From Gemmatimonadota bacterium (GTDB lineage Bacteria; Gemmatimonadota; Gemmatimonadetes; Longimicrobiales; RSA9), in assembly GCA_040905425.1 (NCBI GenBank), contig JBBDRO010000043.1, positions 1-11,598 on the forward strand: DNA of 11,598 nt, written 5' to 3'. The translations under genes were made by a program, and so were the position numbers. Numbering within the stretch: position 1 is the stretch's first letter; every line of letters begins with the position of its first letter. Positions 1 to 6,216 of the stretch are shown here, one piece after another. The notes below the pieces were generated by a model. That model was not told the DNA's origin. It did not search any database and saw only the letters and a list, made by a program, of their open reading frames with translations.

Positions 1-11
1 CCGGGACGGGA

Positions 12-74
12 CCCACACGAACAATTCCTCTACCTCGATTGTCAATCAGCTTGGCGCTCATTTCTGAGCGAGCC
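12..74 (-). promoter_or_regulatory. Putative rRNA-operon leader with antitermination elements: boxB-like hairpin (55-70), boxA-like (39-50), boxC-like (12-18)
   Basis: The minus strand reads CGCTCA-GAAA-TGAGCG (6-bp stem, GNRA loop), then GCTGATTGACAA, then GTGTGGG. This is the same order as the E. coli rrn leader (boxB hairpin, boxA TGCTCTTTAACAA, boxC TGTGTGGG). It lies directly downstream of a near-consensus promoter. The 16S gene itself is not in the window. Confidence 0.6.
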
Positions 75-78
75 TACC

Positions 79-107
79 AATCTAGCCCTTCCGTCGGCGT
101 CCGTCAA
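79..107 (-). promoter_or_regulatory. Sigma70-type promoter firing leftwards (probable rrn promoter)
   Basis: -35 TTGACG (107-102), 17-bp spacer, -10 TAGATT (84-79) on the minus strand; intergenic location; predicted start of transcription near 72-74. Confidence 0.75.
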
Positions 108-145
108 CCCATTGGCGGACCGGGTCTTCCCGGGCCTGTGCAGCG

Positions 146-257
146 GCCGCGGGACCCGTCGATCGTGGGCCCCGAACGCCACGGGATCCGACGGCCACGG
201 GGCCTGGGGACCGCCGAGCTCGCAGGCCACGGGATCCGGAGGCCACCGGCACGAAGG
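146..257. repeat. Degenerate 16-bp tandem repeat, about 7 units, consensus ~GCCACGGGRYCCGNNG
   Basis: Units begin at 146 gccgcgggacccgtcg, 162 atcgtgggccccgaac, 178 gccacgggatccgacg, 194 gccacggggcctgggg, 210 accgccgagctcgcag, 226 gccacgggatccggag and 242 gccaccggcacgaagg. GCCACGGGATCCG is exact at 178-190 and 226-238. Confidence 0.65.
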
Positions 258-282
258 CCGCGCGTTGCCGCGCGGCCTTCGT
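251..282 (-). terminator. Perfect 14-bp hairpin, probable terminator or 3' processing structure of the tRNA operon
   Basis: ACGAAGGCCGCGCG (251-264) pairs with CGCGCGGCCTTCGT (269-282). The loop reads GCAA (GNRA) on the minus strand. It sits 12 nt downstream of tRNA-Lys and lacks a real poly-U tail. Confidence 0.7.
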
Positions 283-294
283 CGGGCCCTGGAG

Positions 295-367
<73 letters not shown>

Positions 368-476
368 GCCGCTGTCAAACTACGGGACGGCCGGGCCGTC
401 CTGGCCGGCGATCGGGTCGGTCCACACGGGTGCGCTCCGTCCGCGCCCGCGTGATCCATCCGACCTCCAGCGGAGG

Positions 477-551
477 GGTGAGCGAGGGGACTTGAACCCC
501 CGACCCCCGGAACCACAATCCGGTGCTCTAACCACCTGAGCTACGCTCACC
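477..551 (-). tRNA. tRNA-His(GTG), coordinates include the encoded G-1
   Basis: G-1 plus acceptor GTGAGCG/CGCTCAC, discriminator C (G-1:C73 is the His identity pair), anticodon arm CCGGA-TT-GTG-GT-TCCGG, T loop TTCAAGT; followed by CCT rather than CCA. Confidence 0.96.
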
Positions 552-576
552 GTATAACGACGTCGTGCTGCTCCAG

Positions 577-651
577 CGCGCCCGATAGGATTCGAACCTA
601 TGACCGGCGGCTTAGAAGGCCGCTGCTCTATCCGGGCTGAGCTACGGGCGC
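577..651 (-). tRNA. tRNA-Arg(TCT)
   Basis: Acceptor GCGCCCG/CGGGCGC, anticodon arm GCGGC-CT-TCT-AA-GCCGC, T arm ATAGG-TTCGAAT-CCTAT; CCA not encoded. Confidence 0.96.
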
Positions 652-665
652 GAAGTGGCGCACAG

Positions 666-739
666 TCGGGGCGCTCGGATTTGAACCGAGGACCTCCTGC
701 TCCCAAAGCAGGCGCGCTACCGAGCTGCGCCACGCCCCG
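666..739 (-). tRNA. tRNA-Pro(TGG)
   Basis: Acceptor CGGGGCG/CGCCCCG (C1:G72, A73, typical of Pro), anticodon arm CCTGC-TT-TGG-GA-GCAGG, T arm CTCGG-TTCAAAT-CCGAG; CCA not encoded. Confidence 0.96.
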
Positions 740-751
740 CGGGAGCACGAA

Positions 752-780
752 AAGATAATGCGGTCCGGGGGGGTAATCAA
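752..780 (-). promoter_or_regulatory. Sigma70-type promoter for the tRNA Pro-Arg-His-Lys operon
   Basis: -35 TTGATT (780-775), 17-bp spacer, -10 TATCTT (757-752), ending 12 nt upstream of the tRNA-Pro 5' end; an AT-rich patch in GC-rich DNA. Confidence 0.75.
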
Positions 781-853
781 CCCCCTGCCAGGAGCGGATC
801 GCGGGCCGCGGATGCCGGCCCGGAAAGAAACGCGGAGTAGGCGAAGGCGGCGC

Positions 854-1489
854 TCAGACCACTCCGCCGAGGCCGGCCCCGAGTGCCCGGAACGCATGGG
901 CCCGATGGCTGAGTCGGGCCTTCTCATCCGGGGTGGCCTGGCCGAACGTCCGGCCCAGCGCGGGCACCAGGAAGATCGGGTCGTAGCCGAAGCCACCGCT
1001 GCCCGCGGCGCTGGTGGCGATGCGGCCCGCGCAGGTCCCCACCGCCGCGTGCACGTGGCCCTCCGGCAGGGCCATGACCGCGGCGCAGACGTAGCGGGCG
1101 CCGCGCTGCTCCGCCGGCCGGCCCTCCAGGCGGCGCAGGAGGTGGCGGTTGTTGGCCTCGTCGGTGGACATGCCTGCCGGCAGCGCCCCGGCATCGGCCG
1201 CGAAGCGCTTGGTGCGCACGCCCGGAGCGCCCGCCAGGGCCTCCACTTCGAGGCCGGAATCGTCCGCCAGGGTGGGCAGGCCGGTGCGCTCGAGGAAATG
1301 GCGTGCCTTGGCCCGGGCGTTGTCCAGAAAGGTATCGAAGCGCTCCACCTCGTCCTCCTCCGGAAGCACCGGAACGCCCGCCTCGTCCAGCCCGATCAGC
1401 CGGGCGGCCAGGGCGGCCGGCAGGAGCGCGGCGATCTCCGCCGCCTTGTGCGCGCTGCGCGTGGCCAGGAGGATGCGCTCGTCCACCAC
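854..1489 (-). CDS. rdgB: Non-canonical purine NTP pyrophosphatase (RdgB/HAM1 family, dITP/XTP pyrophosphatase)
   Basis: Motifs LATRSAHKAAEI, TFLDNARAKA, LADDSGLEVEALAGAPGV, GFGYDPIF and the C-terminal SHR; canonical position immediately after rph. Confidence 0.95.
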   Translation of the reverse strand: MVDERILLATRSAHKAAEIAALLPAALAARLIGLDEAGVPVLPEEDEVERFDTFLDNARAKARHFLERTGLPTLADDSGLEVEALAGAPGVRTKRFAADAGALPAGMSTDEANNRHLLRRLEGRPAEQRGARYVCAAVMALPEGHVHAAVGTCAGRIATSAAGSGGFGYDPIFLVPALGRTFGQATPDEKARLSHRAHAFRALGAGLGGVV

Positions 1490-1492
1490 GCC

Positions 1493-2206
1493 TCAGCCGA
1501 GCGTGGTGCGTTGCGCATCGAGGAGCGCGCGGATGCCAGCCAGCCCGAGTTCGACCAGCGCGTCCAGTTCGGCGCGTGAGAAGCTGGCCCCCTCGCCGGT
1601 CCCCTGCACTTCCACGAAGCGTTCCGATTCCAGCGCCACGAGATTCATGTCCACGTCCGCGCGCACGTCCTCGGCGTAGTCCAGGTCCAGGCGGGGCACG
1701 CCATCCACCATGCCCACGCTGATGGCCGCCACGAGCTCCCGCATGGGGTGCGCCGCGACGCGCCCTTCGTGCAAGAGCCAGGAACAGGCATCATGCAGCG
1801 CCAGCGCGGCGCCGGTGATGGCGGCCGTACGCGTGCCCCCGTCCGCCTGCAGGACGTCACAATCCACCAGGATGGTACGCTCCCCGAGCGCCGCCATGTC
1901 CATGGTGGCGCGCAGGGAGCGGCCGATGAGGCGCTGAATCTCCTGCGTCCGGCCGCCGGGACCGTTGCGCTCCCGGCGGGTGCGGGTGTCGGTGGCCCGG
2001 GGCAGCATGGCATATTCCGCCGTCACCCACCCTTCCCCGCGCCCCTTTCGCCAGCCAGGCACGCCCTCCTCCACCGATGCCGTGCACAGCACGCGCGTCC
2101 GCCCCGTGGCAATGAGGCAGGAGCCCTCGGCGTTGGGCGCGGCGCCCCGCTCCAGCACCAGCGGCCTGGCCTGGTCCATACCCCGTTCCGACCGTTCTCC
2201 ACTCAT
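1493..2206 (-). CDS. rph: Ribonuclease PH (237 aa; start corrected from the ORF track's 2719 to ATG at 2206)
   Basis: [90 protein letters not shown]. The ATG has a GGAAGGA RBS and an ATGA overlap with the upstream stop. Confidence 0.97.
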   Translation of the reverse strand: MSGERSERGMDQARPLVLERGAAPNAEGSCLIATGRTRVLCTASVEEGVPGWRKGRGEGWVTAEYAMLPRATDTRTRRERNGPGGRTQEIQRLIGRSLRATMDMAALGERTILVDCDVLQADGGTRTAAITGAALALHDACSWLLHEGRVAAHPMRELVAAISVGMVDGVPRLDLDYAEDVRADVDMNLVALESERFVEVQGTGEGASFSRAELDALVELGLAGIRALLDAQRTTLG

Positions 2207-2691
2207 GATTCCTTCCGTATGCGACGCACGATGTCCGTGGTGGAACGACCCTCCACCAGCGGCATGATGACCACGCTGCCACCGGCCCCCTCCACCTCCT
2301 CCCGCCCCACCACGTCGGCGGGCGCGTAGTCCCCGCCCTTCACGAGCACGTCCGGCAGGAGGGCGGCCACGAGCTCCCGCGGCGTATCCTCCTCGAAGGC
2401 CACCACGGCGTCCACGCAGGCCAGCCCCGCAAGCACGAAGAGGCGATCCTCGAGGCCCACCGCGGGACGGCCGGACCCCTTCAGGCGGCTGACCGAAGCG
2501 TCCGAGTTCACGCCCACCACCAGCCGATCCCCCAGCGCCCGCGCGGCGAACAGGTAGGCTACGTGGCCGCGGTGCAGGATGTCGAAGCAGCCATTGGTGA
2601 AGACCAGCGTCTCCCGGCGCGGCCGGCCGAAGCCTTCGAGCAGCTCGGCGCGCGCGAAGATACGGCTCTCCGGCGGCAACGGCGCGCTCAT
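2203..2691 (-). CDS. rfaE2: D-glycero-beta-D-manno-heptose 1-phosphate adenylyltransferase (stand-alone RfaE domain II / HldC)
   Basis: [14 protein letters not shown] (HxGH), [45 protein letters not shown] overlaps at both ends. Confidence 0.92.
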   Translation of the reverse strand: MSAPLPPESRIFARAELLEGFGRPRRETLVFTNGCFDILHRGHVAYLFAARALGDRLVVGVNSDASVSRLKGSGRPAVGLEDRLFVLAGLACVDAVVAFEEDTPRELVAALLPDVLVKGGDYAPADVVGREEVEGAGGSVVIMPLVEGRSTTDIVRRIRKES

Positions 2692-3659
2692 GGCGCCGCC
2701 GGCGGCGGCGGGTTCTCACCGGGCCCCTCCACCGCGGCGCGGACCTCCGCCAGGAGGGCGCCCGCCCCCCGGTCCAGCAGGCGCTCGGCCAGGCCCCTGC
2801 CCAGCTCGGCGGCGTCCGCGGCGGCGCCGGTCACGCTGTCGCGGAGGATGCAGCGACCGTCCAGCGACGCCACGAAGCCCGACAGGGAGACGCCGCTTCC
2901 ATGGGTCTCGGCCAGGGCGCCGATCGGCACCTGGCACCCGCCCTCGAGCGTGCGGAGAAAGGCGCGCTCGGCCGTCGTTGCGTGGCGCGTGGCCGCGTGC
3001 TCGAGCGGCGCGAGCAGCGTGGCGGCCCCAGCGTCCCCTTCCCGGATGGTGATGCCCAGGGCGCCCTGCCCCACCGCCGGCAGCCACCCGGGCGGCTGCA
3101 GGACCTCCCCCACGGCGTCTTCCAGGCCCAGGCGCCGGATCCCGGCCAGCGCCAGGATCGCGGCGTCGAAGCGGCCCTCGCGCAGCTTCTGCAGGCGGCT
3201 GTCCAGGTTGCCGCGGAAGTCCTCCACCACCAGATCGGGGCGCACCGCGCCGAGCAGCGAGCGGCGGCGCAGCGAGCTCGTACCGACCCGCGCGCCCGGC
3301 GCCAGATCCGCCAGGCGCGTGGGACGGCCCGGCGCGGCCAGGAACACATCCCGCGGATCCACCCGCTCCACGATGGCGCCCAGCTCCAGCCCCGGCGGCA
3401 CGCGCGTGGGCACATCCTTGAGGGAATGGACGGCCGCGTCCGCCCTGCCGTCCAGGAGCGCGTCGTCCACCTCCTTGGTGAAGAGCCCCTTGTCCCCGAT
3501 GCGCGAGAGCGGCACGTCGGTAATGCGGTCGCCGGTGGTCTTCACGACCACGACCTCCACCTCGAGATCGGGGTGGGCCGCGCGCAGCCGGTCGCGCACG
3601 TGGTGGCTCTGCCAGAGGGCCAGCTGGCTGCCCCGGGAGACGAGTCTGATGCGCTGCAT
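2688..3659 (-). CDS. hemC: Hydroxymethylbilane synthase (porphobilinogen deaminase)
   Basis: [59 protein letters not shown], and [10 protein letters not shown] containing the cofactor-binding Cys. Confidence 0.97.
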   Translation of the reverse strand: MQRIRLVSRGSQLALWQSHHVRDRLRAAHPDLEVEVVVVKTTGDRITDVPLSRIGDKGLFTKEVDDALLDGRADAAVHSLKDVPTRVPPGLELGAIVERVDPRDVFLAAPGRPTRLADLAPGARVGTSSLRRRSLLGAVRPDLVVEDFRGNLDSRLQKLREGRFDAAILALAGIRRLGLEDAVGEVLQPPGWLPAVGQGALGITIREGDAGAATLLAPLEHAATRHATTAERAFLRTLEGGCQVPIGALAETHGSGVSLSGFVASLDGRCILRDSVTGAAADAAELGRGLAERLLDRGAGALLAEVRAAVEGPGENPPPPAAP

Positions 3660-3660
3660 G

Positions 3661-5013
3661 TCAGCCGTCCAGGAGTTCGGTTGCTCCGGCGCGCACCGAC
3701 GGATCGGTGGGACCGGGTGAGATATCTCGGAAGATGGGCTTCAACAGGGGCGGCGCCAGGAAGGTGGTGCAGATCACCATGATCAGGATGGCGCTGAACG
3801 CGGGCTGCGAGAGGATTCCCGCGGTGAGCCCGAGGTCGGCAAAGATGAGGCCCACCTCCCCCCGGGGCACCATGCCCATGCCGATGGCCAGGTGGTTGAG
3901 CTTACGTTTGCCCCAACCCACCACGAAGCCCGCCGCCACCTTACCCACGATGGCGATGCCCAGGAGCGCGGCCCCCGCCCCGAGCACGGTCCAGTCGAAG
4001 GCGGCGGCCCAGGGCAGCAGGAGGCGCACGTCCACACCCGCGCCCACCACTACGAAGAAGATGGGTGTGAAGACGTCCGCCACGGGCTCGATGCGGTGCG
4101 TGATGGCGTCGAACTGGTTGGTGGAGCTCAGCACGATCCCGGCCGCGAAGCTACCGATGATCATGGCCGAACCGGCCAACCCCGCCAGCGCGGCGAAGAG
4201 CAGCGCGAAGGAGAAGGCGCTCACCAGCAGCATGCCCCGCACCTCCATGCCGTCGATGAAGGTGAAGAGCCGCGGCGCGAGGCGGTTGCCGACCACCACC
4301 GCGGCCACCAGGAAACCCACGGCCACCGCGAGTTTCCAGGCTACGCCCGCCACCGTGATCGTGGCCCCCGCCGCCAGGCCGCTCACGATGGCCAGGAGCA
4401 CCAGCCCGAGGACGTCATCCACGACCGCCGCACCGATGATGACCCGCGCCTCGGGGGTGTGGATGCTGCCGAGGTCGTTCAGCACCCGCGCCGTGATGCC
4501 CACGGAGGTGGCGGTCAGCGTGGCGCCCACGAAGATGGCCACCGTCGTGGCGCTGATGCCGTCGGGCATGCCGAGGCCGGGCGCCGCGGCCCACCAGTAG
4601 AGGAAGCCCAGCCCGAACGGCAGAATCACACCCACGAGGGCCACCAGGAGCGCGGGGCCCCCGACGCGGAACATCTCGCCCAGGTCCGTCTCCAGGCCGA
4701 TCTCGAAAAGAAGGATGGCCACGCCCACGTCCTTCAGCAGTACCACCACGTCGTGGATCGGCCCGGACGACGGCAGGATCCCGGTGACGGAAGCGCCCAG
4801 CACGACGCCGGCCAGCAGCTCGCCGAGCACCGCCGGCTGCCCGACGCGCTCGGCCACCTCGCCGAAGACCTTGGCCGTCATGAGGATGGCAATGAGAACC
4901 AGGAAGAAGTGCTCGATCCGCACAGCGTCGGCGGACGCTTCCTGGGCGCCGAGGAGGAGGGGCAGGGCGAGCGCGAGCGGGAGCAACACGCGCCGCCCGC
5001 GCCGACTCACCAT
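3661..5013 (-). CDS. CPA2-family cation:proton antiporter (NapA/Kef membrane-domain type, no C-terminal KTN/RCK domain)
   Basis: Many hydrophobic segments; GQPAVLGELLAGVVLG, LLFEIGLETD, TATSVGITARVL.DLG, GAAVVDDVLGL, PIFFV..G, GMVPRGEVGLIFA. The start codon is less certain because of a signal-like N-terminal extension. Confidence 0.9.
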   Translation of the reverse strand: MVSRRGRRVLLPLALALPLLLGAQEASADAVRIEHFFLVLIAILMTAKVFGEVAERVGQPAVLGELLAGVVLGASVTGILPSSGPIHDVVVLLKDVGVAILLFEIGLETDLGEMFRVGGPALLVALVGVILPFGLGFLYWWAAAPGLGMPDGISATTVAIFVGATLTATSVGITARVLNDLGSIHTPEARVIIGAAVVDDVLGLVLLAIVSGLAAGATITVAGVAWKLAVAVGFLVAAVVVGNRLAPRLFTFIDGMEVRGMLLVSAFSFALLFAALAGLAGSAMIIGSFAAGIVLSSTNQFDAITHRIEPVADVFTPIFFVVVGAGVDVRLLLPWAAAFDWTVLGAGAALLGIAIVGKVAAGFVVGWGKRKLNHLAIGMGMVPRGEVGLIFADLGLTAGILSQPAFSAILIMVICTTFLAPPLLKPIFRDISPGPTDPSVRAGATELLDG

Positions 5014-5537
5014 CGCGACTGCGCGCCGTTGACGATCTGTTCGAGGATGCTCTCGAGGGCTTCCTGGCGGGCCACTTCGTCGGTCTGGCTGTCGGGCCTG
5101 TATTCGCCCCGGCCGGTGAGGGTGGAGGCATCCCAGACGATCACGTTGTTGCGCAGATCGATGAGCTCCACCGAGATCACGATCTGGACCTGGTGCTCCA
5201 CCACCTGGATGGCGCCGGCGTCACCGGGCTGGGTGCGGGCGGCGTCATCGTAGCGGGTGATGCTGCCGCGCAGCATGGCGTCCGCGTTGTCCTCACTGCC
5301 CAGGTTGAGGCCGAGCTGGCCGGGGAGATTCCGCGACAGCTCCTCGTAGAGCTCGGCCTCGAGGTCGAACCACGACGTGGTGTTCTCGAAGGGCTGGATG
5401 AAGATGGTGCGGATGTTCGAGTCCAGCCCCCCGCCGCTGAAGCCGTAGTTGCAGCCGCCGAGCGCGGCCAGGGCCAGCGGAAGCAGCACCCACTTCCGGC
5501 GGAAGGCGTGGATCCCAGATGTCGTTCGGAAAGGCAT
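5007..5537 (-). CDS. lptE: LptE-family LPS assembly lipoprotein
   Basis: Basic N-region, hydrophobic core and lipobox LGG-C29, then YGFSGGGL..NIRTIFIQPFENTT, ADAMLRGSITRY and C-terminal EQIVNGAQSRW. This pattern is typical of non-enterobacterial LptE-like proteins. Confidence 0.8.
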   Translation of the reverse strand: MPFRTTSGIHAFRRKWVLLPLALAALGGCNYGFSGGGLDSNIRTIFIQPFENTTSWFDLEAELYEELSRNLPGQLGLNLGSEDNADAMLRGSITRYDDAARTQPGDAGAIQVVEHQVQIVISVELIDLRNNVIVWDASTLTGRGEYRPDSQTDEVARQEALESILEQIVNGAQSRW

Positions 5538-6216
5538 CCACTTCCTCGGCTTGTTGCAGCGTCAACTCGAGTTCACGAAAAGCCATGTGATCGCGGTAGA
5601 GCGCCTCACCCGGAAGACCGAAGGAGGCGCTGCCACCGAGCTCCACCGTGCGCCGGCCCGCACCGGACCGCTCCCACTGGACGTGGATCAGGCGGCCGTC
5701 CTCCAGCCGGTAGCGCCAGCGCTCGCCCTCCAGGGCGTAGGCCAGCGTCACGATGCTCCCCTCCCGGAACGCCTCGACGAGCGTGGCATCCGGCGGTGGC
5801 TCCACTACCCCGATGGCACTCCAAAGTAACGCGGGCGGGGGCAGCAGATCGGCCAGTCCTGCGGCCGGCAGGCGCAGCTCCTGGCCCACGAGGGCCGCCG
5901 CCAGATAGGTCTCTCCGCGCGGGCCGAACAGGTCCAGGCGGGCCCGCCCGCCGGAATCGATGCGCGCCACCCCCGCGCCCGAGAGGCGCACGTCGCGGTC
6001 CCGCATGCGCCAGTCGAAGACCACCTGTACCCGGTGCTCCGGACGGGTGCCCGCGCGCGCTGCCGCGGCCAGGGCGGCATCCACGGGTCGGGGCTCCTCC
6101 GGGGCGCCCGCCGCGGCGCAACCGGCCGCGCCCGCGGCCACAGTGGCCAGCGCGGCCACGCTCAGAGCGCGCGCAAGATACCGGGGCGGCCACGGCCGGT
6201 CAACGCGGCAAGGCAC
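5293..6216 (-). CDS. Hypothetical outer-membrane lipoprotein, possibly LolB/DUF4292-like fold; last ~70 codons look like read-through over lptE
   Basis: Lipobox-like AAG-C33 after a hydrophobic stretch; beta-rich body with SGAGVARI...ARLDLFGPRGETYL. The GTG start overlaps the upstream TAG. Protein-like composition ends around FPNDIWDP (~5509). Confidence 0.65.
   Translation of the reverse strand: MPCRVDRPWPPRYLARALSVAALATVAAGAAGCAAAGAPEEPRPVDAALAAAARAGTRPEHRVQVVFDWRMRDRDVRLSGAGVARIDSGGRARLDLFGPRGETYLAAALVGQELRLPAAGLADLLPPPALLWSAIGVVEPPPDATLVEAFREGSIVTLAYALEGERWRYRLEDGRLIHVQWERSGAGRRTVELGGSASFGLPGEALYRDHMAFRELELTLQQAEEVDAFPNDIWDPRLPPEVGAASAGPGRARRLQLRLQRRGAGLEHPHHLHPALREHHVVVRPRGRALRGAVAESPRPARPQPGQ

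Noticed and set aside
40..45. Perfect TTGACA on the minus strand as a -35 box (also one at 373-378)
   Set aside because: No acceptable -10 hexamer lies 16-18 bp downstream of either; the first is better explained as part of a boxA-like element.
146..257. Possible CRISPR array
   Set aside because: The units are 16 bp, contiguous and degenerate, with no unique spacers and no cas genes in the window.
802..830. 7-bp hairpin CGGGCCG/CGGCCCG (802-822) as an rdgB terminator
   Set aside because: On the minus strand the T-rich tract precedes rather than follows the stem, and such short GC stems are common by chance here.
2207..2719. N-terminal 171-aa extension of the 408-aa ORF 1493..2719
   Set aside because: It is an out-of-frame reading of rfaE2 and the end of hemC. 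RNase PH homology starts at ATG 2206, which has an RBS and an ATGA coupling.
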